From positions 49,664,001-49,728,000 of the forward strand of contig NC_086108.1 of the NCBI RefSeq assembly GCF_963921235.1: a stretch of 64,000 nt of DNA. The letters are read 5' to 3'. Under the pieces are notes generated by a model that saw only the letters and a program-made list of their open reading frames with translations, searched no databases and had not been told where the DNA came from. Source of the stretch: Mobula hypostoma. Lineage: Eukaryota. Position numbers and translations under genes: made by a program. Positions 33,506-45,443 of this stretch are shown one piece after another (the stretch's first letter is position 1; the number at the start of each line of letters is the position of its first letter).

Positions 33506-35764
33506 AAATTGTATGAGATGTTGGTGGGGCCTAATTTGAAGTATTGTGTCCAGTTTTGTTCACGTACCTACAAGAAAGATGTAAATAAGATTGAAAGAGT
33601 ACAGAGAAAATTTACAAGGATGTTGCCAGGAATTGAATATCTGAATATTCGGGAAAGTTTGAACAGGTTAGGACTTTATAACCGAGAATGTAGAAGATTG
33701 AGGGGAGGTTTGATAGAGGTATACAAATTTATGAGGGTATAGATTGAGTAAAAGCAAGCAGGGTTTTCCTCTGAGGTTGGGTGAGATTACAACAGTAGGT
33801 TATGGGTTAAGGGTGAAGGGTGAAATGTTTAACGAGAACATAAGGGGGAACTTCTTCACTCAGATGTGGAAGGTCAAGGACAAACAGCTCAGAGTATAAA
33901 TGAAGAATGCATTTGATCTGAATGCCCAAGGAATTAGACCAATATAACTTAACAAAGAATTACTCGTGCTTCGTTCTTCCAGATTTCCAGCTCTTGCAGT
34001 TTTCTGACTTTTCTTTTAAAAAAACACCACTTTCAAATACCATCCAAGTCACACACTGTCCTGAATTAGAAATGTATCATCACGTCCTCATCATTGCTGC
34101 ATAAATCCTGGAGTGTGATCCCCAGCAATAAAGAGCAGTATGCTTCAGGAAAACAGCTCACTACAAATTACTGGAGGGGAACTAGGGACAAGCCGAAAAT
34201 GTGCCTTTGGTCAATGACACCCTTATCCAACAAACAAATAGCATGCTTAGTATTTTTTCCTACTGGTTCCCTCTCTGGCGATGCTCCCTCATGCCTGGAA
34301 TGTTCCAGGAGATACCAGCATTCAAGCAAGGGGTCATACATCAATTTATATGTAAATGTTGAATGGGGAAAAGAAATGGCCATTGTGGCCAAATGTTGTC
34401 ATTCCTCCATCTCTTAGCCAAGAACAGCTAACTTTAAACAAACTGGGACCTTGAGCTTTTTTCCGATTGCCTGGAAGGACACAGGCATCTTCTGTCAGCA
34501 TTAAGAGTCCATTCCAAATTTTCCTTTCTGGGTCGTTTCAGAAGAAAATTGAAAGTCAACTACTTCGTTCTGGCTCTGGAGCCTTATATTAGCCAGAACA
34601 GGTAAAGAATGAGTCACCCTGCTGGAATTTTATGAGAATCTAGCCTCTGTTATTTATAATGATAATATTTAAATTTCATCTTTATTTACCAGGCTGAAGT
34701 TAAGTTCTCCAGCTGTAACAGGAAGAATTTGAAATCATATTTCTACAATGGTTAATGAATATACAAGATGTTGTATTCAGGCAACCAACCAGTAATGAGG
34801 TTTAAAATGCAAATCCTTGGGTTTGGTTTCGTTACACAAAAATAGCTCTTTGGTGTACTAAAACACAGACCCTGAATCAAGATTCGATACGCCTCCCTCT
34901 GTTTTTTCCACCCTCGCCCATGACGCATCCACCAGGTCACAGATGAGACTTGCCTGCAGTGGGTTTGTTGCTTGTGATTGTGGTGTTCTGGTAGATGGTG
35001 CGCCTTCCATTCTGTGGCTGTCCAATGATAGGTGTAGCCGGAGAGTTTACATTGGACAGAATGCAGCCAGTCACTCTCTAGGAGAAAATTTAGAAAAGCA
35101 CAGTTAAAGCCTCACTGCTTCCGTCAGCCATGAACATCTGGCAAATTCACAGTGGCACTGAATAGCTTCTTAGCACAGAGCAATTAGTAACAGCTCTCAC
35201 CCAGTGAGCAGAGGGGCTTGTCTTTATTATTACCAATTAGCACCTTACTTAAAAGTGAAATCCCTTTATTTCATGCCTATTGTTAATTGGTGTTTAATTA
35301 CTAAAGAGCAGAATTTCTCAGGAAAGGCTGCAGAAGATCAACTCATGGTCTTAAATATGGCATTTACTTGACACCTTGTAAAACCACTGGTACAGGCTTA
35401 GCACGTTGTGTTGGCACCAAGTATCTATTGTTACATTAATAAACGTTGCACCATTTTTCACCAGCAACATCTCACAACTGGTAAAGAAATTATTAGCTTG
35501 ATCAGTTACCTCGCTCACTGAAGAAGCAGATTGAGTTTGGAAAGTTTAAAAGCAGGTAGACAAGCCATTTGCATTGCTCTGCCCTCAATCCCAATACATC
35601 ACTTCCTGCTTCTGCAGTCATCCCAGGGATCTGACCATGTCCACTCTTGGACTCTGTGGAATGCCAGAAGGAATTGGTGGAGACCCTCGCTTCACGGTTT
35701 TCCTGATGGTCACTTCATGGTTAGCCACCGATGAAATGACCAAATACTGGAACGTAACTAATAA

Positions 35765-36430
35765 GAGTTACAGAGTCATAGCGTCCTCGAGCACAGAAAC
35801 AGGCCCTTTTACCCACTTGGTCCATGCCAACCTGATCTCCTGCCTAGTTCCATTTACCTGCACCTGGACAATATCCCTCAAAACCCTCTCATCCATGTAC
35901 CTATTCAAACTTCTCTTAAATGTCACAACTGAACCTGCATATATGACTTCCACTGCCAGCTTATTCCATGTTTGCATGACCCTCAGAGTGAAGAGGTTTC
36001 CCTTCAGATTCTGCTTAAATATTTCACCTTTCACCCTGTTCTTATGACCTCTAGTTCTAGTCTTGCACAACATGAGGGAAAAATACCTGCATGCATTTAC
36101 CCTATCTATTCCCCTCATAATTTTGTACACCTCTATCAAGTTCCCCTCATTTCTTACACTCTAGGCAATAAAGTCCTATCCTATTTAGCCTTTCCTTTTA
36201 ACTTGGGTCCTCAAGTTCTGGCAACATCCTTGTAAATTTTCTCCTATTGATATCTTTCCTGTAGGAAGGTAACCAGAACTGTACACAACATTCTAAATTT
36301 GGTCTCACAAAAGTCTTGTACAATTTCAACTCCTGTACTCAGTGGCCAGTTTCAAGGAATTATGGATCTGTATAGCCAGGTCCCTCTCCTCTATGGCACT
36401 CCTCAAAGCCCTACCATTCATAGTATAAAT
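35765..36430 (-). mobile_element. CR1 LINE 3' fragment
   Basis: ORF 35768-36139 IEVYKIMRGIDRVNA..TRTRGH..FTLRVMQTWNKL. Confidence 0.88.
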
Positions 36431-36492
36431 CCTACCTCCTTTATGTTGTTCTCCTCTTTCAGAAGGGTAGCAAGGACAAATCAGGAAACTAT

Positions 36493-37261
36493 TCTGCAGC
36501 TTAATGTGAAAAAGACTAAGGAGCTGGTGGTGGACCTGAGGAGGGCTAAGGTACCGGTGACCCCTGTTTCCATCCAGGGGGTCAGGGTGGACATGGTGGA
36601 GGATTACAAATACCTGGGGATACGAATTGACAATAAACTGGACAGGTCAAAGAACACTGAGGCTGTCTACAAGAAGGGTCAGAGCCATCTCTATTTCCTG
36701 AGGAGACTGAGGTCCTTTAACATCTGCTGGACGACGCTGAGGATGTTCTACGAGTCTGTGGTGGCCAGTGCTATCATGTTTGCTGTTGTGTGCTGGGGCG
36801 GCAGGCTGAGGGTAGTAGACACCAACAGAATCAACAAACTCATTCGTAAGACCAGTGATGTTGTGGGGATGGAACTAGACTCTCTGACGGTGGTGTCTGA
36901 AAAGAGGATGCTGTCCAAGTTGCATGCCATCTTGGACAATGTCTCCCATCCACTACATAATGTACTGGGTGGGCACAGGAGTACATTCAGCCAGAGACTC
37001 ATTCCACTGAGATGCAACACTGAGCATCATAGGAAGTTATTCCTGTCTGTGGCCATCAAACTTTACAACTCCTCCCTTGGAGGGTCAGACACCCTGAGCC
37101 AAAAGGCTGGTCCTGGACTTATTTCCTGGCATAATTTACATATTACTATTTAATTATTTATGGTTTTATATTGCTATATTTATACTCTATTCTTGGTTGG
37201 GGCAACTGTAATGAAAATCAATTTTCCTTGGGATCAATAAAGTATGACTATGACTACTATG
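36493..37261 (+). mobile_element. Young 5'-truncated Rex1/Babar LINE inserted in a CR1
   Basis: Open frame LQLNVKKTKELVVDLRR..YKYLGIRIDNKL..KKGQSHLYFLRRLRSF..MFYESVVASAI..HPLH. aataaa plus (ctatga)n tail. actat at 36488-36492 and 37262-37266. Confidence 0.92.
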
Positions 37262-37324
37262 ACTATAGGCTAGTCAGCCTGATATCAGTATTTTATTATA
37301 TTTTACAGTAATTGTATTTAGAGA

Positions 37325-37603
37325 TACAGTGATAAACAGGCCTTTCCTGTCCAATGAGCCGTGCCACTCAGCAAAACATCTTTTTATTACTAGCCTGATC
37401 ACAGGACAATTTACAACAACCAATTAACCTACTAGCCCATACGTCTTTGGACTGTGGGAGGGAACTGGAGCATCTGGAGGAAGCCCATGCAGTCACGGAG
37501 AGAACGTACAAACTTTTAACAGACGGTGCCAGAACTGAACTCTGAACTCTGACACCATGAGCTGTGATAGCCTTGCATGAACCACTACACTACCATGGTG
37601 CCC
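37325..37603 (-). mobile_element. V-SINE (HE1-like)
   Basis: Minus strand: ggcaccatggtagtgtagtggtt...gagttcagttctgg..gtacgttctctccgtgactgcatgggcttcctccagatgctccagttccctcccacagtccaaagacg. Confidence 0.85.
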
Positions 37604-37604
37604 T

Positions 37605-38240
37605 CAAGTAGTGGGGATGTAACTGGAGGGAATTCTAAGGGACAGGATCTACTGCCAGCATTTTGATAGACATGGTCAGATGATGAGAAGTCAGCATAGC
37701 TTTGAGCACTGGAAGTCATGCTTGACAAACCTTTTAAAGTTTTCTGAGGATTAACCAAACAGATAGATGAGGGTAAGGCAGAGGATGTTGTCTATTTGGA
37801 TTTTAGCAAGGCCATCAACAAGGTCCAGCATGGTAGGCTGATCTGAAAGGTTAGTTCCATGGAATCCAGGAAGAGTTGTTAGATGCTTTCAAAACTGGCC
37901 CAGATGAAGTAAGCAGAGGGGGATGATTGAAGGTTGTTGGAGGCCAGTGAAGAGTGGAGTGCCACAAAGGTTGGTGCCAGGATCTTAGTTATTCATTATT
38001 TGTAAAATTGCTCTAAACTACCCACTTATCCAGGCAGCATCCTGGTAAACCTCTTCTGTACCCTCTCCAAAGTCCTGACATTCTTCCTGTAATGGGGTGA
38101 CAAGAATTGAATGCAATACTCCAGAAACAGCTAACTGAAGTTTTATAAAACTGCAACTTAACTTCCCAGCTCTTGAACTCAATTCCTTGACTAATACAGG
38201 AAAGCATGTTGTTTGTCTTCCTTACCACCCCATCAACCTG
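37605..38240. mobile_element. CR1 RT fragments (plus strand 37605-38010, minus strand 38010-38240)
   Basis: cagcatagctttg..tcatgcttgacaaacc..ggattttagcaaggcc on plus. ORF 38013-38228 ISQGIEFKSWEVKLQFYK on minus. Confidence 0.75.
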
Positions 38241-39297
38241 TGGTGGTGTTCTGGACCAGAGTTGTTTAGACTAGGTTTCTCACTTCAAATAAATATACAA
38301 CAAACATGAAGAACCGACAAGAGAGTAATTAAGAAAAAACTTTTTGCTTTCTGAAGCATGGACTCCTACGATTCTATTCTGAGAATTAAATATTACCAAT
38401 GGATTTGATGCAATGTTATGCATTAAAACAATTCAAATTAATTTAGCTCATAATCCAGAGAAGAATGGCTGCTTATTCTGCAGACAATTTCAAAACAGCA
38501 ACCCATTTCTCCATGGCATATATCATAACCTCAATCTAGAGATGACTGTAAAAGTTTTAAGGAAAAAAATAAACAGAAATCAATAACTGGTGTCTCTTCA
38601 TAAACAAGGTAAAAAATTCATTCAAGTGCTTTCATATGGCAAATAAGATCAGCTAATAAAGCTTTTCTGAGACCTTGTCTGCCTATGAGTACAATAACAT
38701 TAGTGAGAGCAACTGGTAGATTTCAAACTGTTTCCCTTTTACAACAGCAAACTGATGGCCTACTCCTGGGCCTCAAAGACGTTTCATCATAACTGAAACA
38801 CCTTATTATGAGTGAAAATGACCAGAGTTGACTGGATAATGGTAGACTTCCTGAGACAGATTACATTTTCCATATTCTGCTAAATTTAGCTGAAGTGACT
38901 GAACTCCCTAAGACCTGCTATTTATTTGCAGGCTAGATTCAGATTGGCCCATTTGGCAAACGGACTAGATAACACTGTAAACAATGTCTGGTTGATGGCT
39001 CAAAAGCTGCCCTTTGACAACAGCATCACAAAAAGACCCTGGTTTGAGCATTAAGTCAGGGTTTCAAATTAAGATTAAGGACAGTGCTAGACTGGGATAG
39101 GAGGAAGGTGCGGTGATGAGTTCTTGTACGGGGCTTGGAAATCTGAAGGATCACGGATCAAGGATCAACTTTATTCACCATATACTGAACATTTATAGAC
39201 ATTACCAATTTGCTATGATGTGTTGGTCAGGGTGCAACATGCAACTAAAAACAACAACATTCAATAATTATAAAGAATATAGGATTACATTAAAAAA

Positions 39298-40230
39298 GAC
39301 CATTAGATATAGGAGCAGAATAAGGCCATTCAGCCCATTGAGTCTGCTCTGCCATTTATCATGGCTGATTTATTAACCCTCTCAACCCTATTCTCCAGCT
39401 TTGTCCTATATTCTTTGACGCCTAACTAATCGAGAACCTATCAAGCTCCGCTTTAAATATACCCAATTAACTTGACCTCCTCAGCCATCTGTGGCAATAA
39501 AATCCACGGATTCACCACCCACAGTTAAAAAAAAATTCTCCTCACCTCTGTTCTAAATGGGTGTCCCTCTATTCTAAGTCTGGTCCTAGACTTATCCACT
39601 ATAGGAAATACCCTCTCCACATCTACTCTATCTAGGCCATTCAATATAGTATCAGTAAAATACCTCCTCATTTTTCTAAACCATCAACAGCAGCAGCCAA
39701 CCAGAAAAGGCCCCCTTTATTCCCACTCTTTGCTTCCTGGCAGTCAGACAATCTTCTATCCATGGTAGAATCTTTCCTATAATACAAAGGACTCTTATCT
39801 TATTAAGCAGCCCCATGTGCGACACCTTGTGAAAGGACTTCTGAAAATCCAGGTAAACAACATCCACTGACTCTCCTTTGTCTATCTTGCTTGTTACTTC
39901 TTCAATTAATTCCAACAGATTTGTCAGGCAATATTTCCGTTAAAGGAACCATGTAAACTTTGGCCTATTTTATCACATGCTTCCAACTACCCTGAAACTT
40001 CATCCTTAATAATGAACTCCAATATCTTCCCAACCACTGAAGTCTGGCTAAGTGGCCTATAATTTCCTTGCTCCCTTCTTAAAGAGTGGAGTGATAGTTG
40101 CAATCCTCCAGAACCATTACAGATTCTAGTGATTCTTGAAAAATTATTACTAATGCCGCCACAATCTCTTCAGCTACTTCTTTCAGAATGATGTTGTCCA
40201 TCTGGTTCAGCTTACTTCAGACCTTTCAGT
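39298..40230 (-). mobile_element. CR1 fragments (3' tail plus RT N-terminal region, internally deleted)
   Basis: ataggagcagaataaggccattcagccc tail. ORF 39676-39915 EEVTSKIDKGESVDVVYLDFQKSFHKV. Confidence 0.85.
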
Positions 40231-40789
40231 TTCACTTCGACTCATTCCAGTGACTGAAATTTTGCCCTACCATCTGTCTCCTTTTCCACAGTCTCATTAC
40301 ATACTGCATCTACTTGTATATCATCCTCAGCCCTTTCACTCTGGTTCTCCTCACTCTCCCCAACAGATCATGAAGGGATATTGGTTCCTCTCGGGTTCAG
40401 GTTTAAAGTTAGAGGTACGGATATGCAATAAAATGCGCATAAATACCAGCATGAATTTATGAAGTAAATATAAAATATGGCTTGAAGTATTTAGAGTGAT
40501 TATTGTGAAGGGGGTAATAGTTAGAGGTGTTATCATTTTAATACCCTGTTTTTATTTTTTCTGCTGGGTTCCTGACTGCCTGATTGACATGTTGGTGGAC
40601 ATTCAAGTTGGATGCCCAATTCACAAGACTAAATTCTGTCTGAGAAGTGAATGCACTGGAGGGGCTGAGTGAGAATTGTTGCGGAAGAGAGCTGGTGGCC
40701 AGGGGTGGAAAAATCCAAGGGCAGTGGGGTCTCCAATAAGTTCTGTAGTTGGATGGGATAGAAAAGAGGGATTATTGGCCATAGAGTCA

Positions 40790-41460
40790 TACTCATAGAA
40801 AACTACAGCACAGAAACAGGACCTTCAGCTCATCCAGACAATGTCTAACTATTATTCTGCCTAGCTGCATCTACCTGCACTCGACCCTCTCTGTACCTAT
40901 CCAAATTCCTCATATATGTTGAAATTGAACCCACATCCACAACTTCCACTGGCAGTTCATTTCACACTTCAATCACCCTCTAGGTAAAGAAGTACCCCCT
41001 CATGTTCTCTTTAAACATGTCAACATTCACCCTTAAACCATCACTTCTTGTTCCAGTTTCAGCCAACCTCTGTGCAAAAAATTTGCTTGCATTTACCCCA
41101 TCTATACCCTTCATAATTTTATATACCTCTATCAACTCTCCCCTCATTCTCCTATGCTCTAGAAGAGAATAAAGTCCCAATCTATTCAATCTTTCTCTAT
41201 AACTCAGGCCCTCAAGGTCTGGCAACATCCTTGTAAATTTTCTCCGCACTCTTTCAATCTTAGTGATATCTTCCCTGTTGGTGGGTGACCTGAACTGCAC
41301 ACAATACTCCAAATTAGGCCTCACCAACATCTTATACAACATCAATATAACATCCGAACTCCTGTACTCAATACCTTGATTAATGAAGGCCAATGTCCCA
41401 TAAGCTCTCTTTATGACCCTATCTACCTGTGATACCACTTTCAAGGAATTGTGGATATGA
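40790..41460 (-). mobile_element. CR1 LINE 3' fragment
   Basis: ORF 40980-41444 QVDRVIKRAYGTLAFI..LVRPNLEYCVQF..ERVRRKFTRMLP. Confidence 0.9.
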
Positions 41461-41489
41461 ATTATCCATTTTATCCTGGTGCAGGGGAC

Positions 41490-41900
41490 AGAGTTTCATT
41501 GGAATCCTTTCTGGGAAGGTATGTCCTAAACAAGGGGGACAGATTTCACCTGAACCCAAGGGGAACCAATATCCTTGCAGGCAAGTTTGCTAGAACTATT
41601 GGGGAGGGTTTAAACTAATTTGGCAAGTGGATGGGAGCCAGAGTGATAGGGCTGAGGATGGTTCTTGATTAGCCAGAGGGTGGTGAATCTGTGGAATTCA
41701 TTGCCACTGGCAGCTATGGAGGCCCGATCATTGAGTGTATTTAAGATGGAGGTTCATAGATTCTTGGTAAGTCAGGGTGTGAAAGGTTACAGGGAGAAGG
41801 CAGGAAAATGGGGTTGAGAGAGAAATGGATCCGCCAGATCAAATGGCAGAAGAGATTCAATGGGCTGAATGGCCCAACTCTGCTCCTGTGTCTCCTATGC
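41490..41900 (+). mobile_element. CR1 ORF1 end joined directly to a CR1 3' end
   Basis: HLNPRGTNILAGKFARTIGEGLN* (about 41545-41620), then ccagagggtggtgaatctgtggaattc...gggctgaatggcccaactctgctcct. Confidence 0.75.
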
Positions 41901-41909
41901 TCATAACCC

Positions 41910-42165
41910 TTATGGTATTCATAGATCCCTCTGTTACTCTCCACAGTGCCCTACCACTCACCATTAAGTCTTTTCCCGATTTGTCTTCCAAAGTGCAACT
42001 TGTCACACTTGTCTGCATTAAATTCCACCTGCCATTTTCAGCCCCCTTTTCCCAGTTAGTCCAGATTCCACTGCAAGCTTTGATTGTCTTCTTCACTGTT
42101 CACTGTATCCCAAACCTTGGTAGCATCCACAAATGTCCTGATCAAATTTACCACATTATCATCAT
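41910..42165 (-). mobile_element. CR1 RT fragment
   Basis: DDNVVNLIRTFVDATKV..EEDNQSLQWNLD. Confidence 0.75.
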
Positions 42166-42465
42166 GTTGGGAGTAGACTGGGGAGCAGGGGCAGAGAACA
42201 AACAATGGAGGTTGGTGGTAAGCATTAGACAGTTGATGAGCAGACTGATGATAGGGGCAGGGCAGAGTTGGGCTAGGGTGTTCAGATGGAAAAGTGCTCT
42301 TCATTCCACTTATGTATAAGTAGGATAGACATTCATCTGTGGATTCAACACATCACACTCCTCAGTCCTTCCGAAGGGTCTCAGCCTGATGTGTTGACTG
42401 TGCTCTTTTCCACAGTATCTACCTGGCCTGCTTGGTTCCTCCAGCATTTTGTGTGTGTTGCTTAC
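42165..42465. mobile_element. PLE terminal fragments (inverted pair) with a degenerate hammerhead motif at 42362-42400
   Basis: cagtccttccgaagggtctcagcctgatgtgttgactg...cctccagcattttgtgtgtgttgct on plus. Purine-rich inverted 3'-UTR-like piece upstream. Confidence 0.6.
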
Positions 42466-43371
42466 ACTCCCTTGGTTTCCCAAGGCCTGGAAGTATTTAA
42501 AAGCAGAACAGTCCAAGAAGTCTTCAATAGTCAATGCCAAGAGTTAATGACGTTGCGCATAGCAGCACAAATACATCAATGGCAGCGGAATTCCAAAGAT
42601 TGAGGTCCAAAGTTTATGGAGTTGTATGGGGGAAATCAAGCAGGCTGCAGATCATGAGTTGGGGGTGTTTTAAGAAAAACCATAGGAGGAACAAGCCTGG
42701 AGTGAAGGGGAGGTGCATTGGTGTTGGAAGAGGGTCAAGAGGTGGTTGAAATCTGGAATGTACCACCGAAGCGGGTAGTGGAGGAAGGTATTCTCACACT
42801 TAAGGCATATATGGATGAGCTCCTGAAACCTCAGGACATAGCAGATAATGGGACAGGTGCTGTAAAATGGGATCAGTATAGAGAGGTACTTGATAGCTGG
42901 CTCAGCATGATAGGCCAAAGGGCCTGCATTCATGCAATATGATGCTACGATCGATGGCCTAGGGAACAGTGAGCATTGTCTAGACAGAGTTAAGTGGTTG
43001 GTGGAGTGTTTTGCAAATGGATTAGACACATCATCTGTCCAGTCTAGCAGAGGAGAGGAAGTGTTGATGAGAGAGAACACTAAGTAAACTACTTAACTGC
43101 CTTGGATTTCTTGAAAGTGGAGCAGTCAAGCATGACCTGCATTAACCAATGGCCAAACAGGCTTGAGCAAACCATGGATCTATACCTTCAATGAATCTCA
43201 AATGCAAAAAAAGAATTTTGCATGTGACATTCAGGTGTGTGGGCACTCACTGCTCAAGCTATTTTCTCATAAAGGTCTAAAAACATGCTTTGGGATGTGG
43301 ATCAAATATCTTGAAGAAGACAATCTTGAAACAGTCATGATTGCATTTTTTTGCTTTCTCCTGTTCACTCA

Positions 43372-45443
43372 CTACCACCCACTCTTTAAAAAGGGAGGGA
43401 GACAAAAGACAGGAAATTAGAGGTCAGCTAGCCTGACTTAAGTGGTTAGCAAGATATTGGAGGCCATTATTAAGGATGGTGTTTCGAGGCACAGTACTTG
43501 GAGGCATATGATCAAATAGGCAGAAGTCAGCATGATTTCCTTCAGGGGAATCTTGCCTGACAAACCTGTTTAAATTCTTTGAAGAAATAACTGATGGGAT
43601 AGATCAGGGGTCCCCAACCTTTTTTGCACTGTGGACTGGTTTCATATTGACAATATTCTTGTGGACCAGCCGACCCGGGGGGGGGGGGGGGTAGGGTTGC
43701 CAACGGACAAGAGTAGAGCCAAATACGTTGTTTACACCAAGAGACTACAATGACCATGAAGCCTTGCGTGGTGCACAAGCGTGTACGTGCCGATTTTTTC
43801 TACAATTCGTTTTTGGCGATTCTGTTGGGGGGGGTGTTAATCACGACTGGAATATAGGTGATAAGTGGCTAATACACTGAATTTAGTTTCTAAAAGGGTT
43901 TATCTAACGAATTTAATATTAAACACACAGCGCATATTTTCCTCGCATGAATATAGTGATAAGTCAATTATCAGGGAAGGACAGGGCAGCTTTAAGTAAG
44001 TGTTGAATGAACTTCCAGTAGAAGTGGTAGAGGCAGGTTTGATATTATCATTTAAAGAAACATTGGATAAGTATATGGACAGGAAAGGAATGGAGGGGTA
44101 TGGGCTGAGTGCAGGTCGGTGGGACTAGGTGAGAGTAGTTTTCGGCACGGACTAGAAGGGCAGAGATGGCCTGTTTCTGTGTTGTAATTGTTATATGGTT
44201 ATATAAGTAAGTCAATTGCATCATGAGATTTTAAGTAACGTTTGGATATTAAACACACAGCACATATTTTCCCCGTATGAACATATAAAATCATTGCAAC
44301 ACACCAATATCGCTGAATCAGTGGGAGCCCTGGGCTGAATGCTTGTTTCCCTGAAACAAGATGGTCCCATCAAGGGGTGATGGGAGACAGCGATACTCGA
44401 ACCGGGTTCCTTATGTCCAGTCTATTCCGCAATTTGGTTTTCGTTGCATTCATTGCCGAAATATGTTGGAAATGGAAGCAACGTTTTCAGTGCTTTCGTG
44501 GCTATCTCAGGATATTTAGCCTTGTCTTTGAGGTCCAGAATGCCAGCAGAGATGTTATGCCAAACATACTTTTCAGCCTGCCGTTATTTGCAAGCTCGAG
44601 GAGTTGATCTTCTTCCCGCGCTGACATGGAAGATGCGCGGGTAATGACCTCGTATGCGTAATGGCTCAACAGTGGGCATGATAAGGAATGAGGAAAGGTG
44701 CAGTTGACACCTATCACCAAATCATATAGTTTCCTCATGGACCAGTGGCGCATGCTTTGCGGCCCGGTACCGGTCCGCGGCCCGGTGGTTGGGGACCGCT
44801 AAGATAGACAAAGAAGAGTCAGTGGATGTTACTTAACCTGAATTTTCAGAAGGCCTTTGACAAGGTGCCACACATAAGGCTGCTAACCAAGATAGGAACC
44901 CATGGTATTACAGGAAAGGTGGCAGCATGGGCAGAAGATTGGCTGATAGCAGAAGGCAAAGAGTGGTAATAAAGGGAGTCTTTTCTGGTTGGCTGCCAGT
45001 TGTGTTCCACCGGAAAAGCATTGGGTCCACTACTTGTCATATTATTACGTATGTCAATGATCTAGATGATGGAATTGATGGCATTGTGGCCACGTTTATG
45101 AATGATACAAAGATAGATTGAAGGGCAGGTAATGCTGAGGAAGCAGGGAGTTTGGAGAAGGTCTTGGCCAGAGTCGGAAAATGGGCAAAGAAGTGGCTTA
45201 TGCCTGTGCACTTTGGTAGGAGGATTAAAGGCATAGACTACTTTCTGAATGGGGTGTGAATTCAGGAGCTGGAAGTGCAAAATGACTTGGTAGTCATAGT
45301 GTAGGATTCTCTAAAGGCTAACCTGCAGGTTCTGTTGATAGTATGGAAGGCAAATGCAATATTAGTATTCATTTGAGAGGTCTGGAATATAAAAGCAAGT
45401 ATGAAATGCTGAAGCTTTATAAGGCATTCTTCAGACCATATTT
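43372..45443 (+). mobile_element. CR1 ORF2 fragment, interrupted by a Charlie element
   Basis: PLFKKGGRQKTGN..; FFEEITDGID|KEESVDV across the insertion; ttttcagaaggcctttgacaaggtgccacac. Confidence 0.88.
43605..44801 (-). mobile_element. Non-autonomous hAT-Charlie element carrying the transposase C-terminus
   Basis: TIRs caggggtccccaacc / ggttggggaccgct(a). 8-bp TSD ggatagat (43597-43604) / agatagac (44802-44809). Minus strand EEDQLLELAN..LKSMF..SL.AFW..YPEIATKALKTLLPFPT..ATKTKLRNRLDI. Confidence 0.9.

Larger units (their letters stand above)
30730..33865 (+). mobile_element. CR1 ORF2 fragment, interrupted by a TIR element at 32286-33505
   Basis: GEVPEDWRTANVVPLIKKGSKDKPGNYRLVSL; SQHGFV..CLTNLIE; agcaaatttgcagatggc. 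Resumes as LVGPNLKYCVQF..IERVQRKFTRMLPG. Confidence 0.9.

Noticed and set aside
36299..37153. 284-aa ORF as a host gene
   Set aside because: The N-terminus is antisense and sense CR1 debris, and the remainder is a truncated Rex1 ORF.
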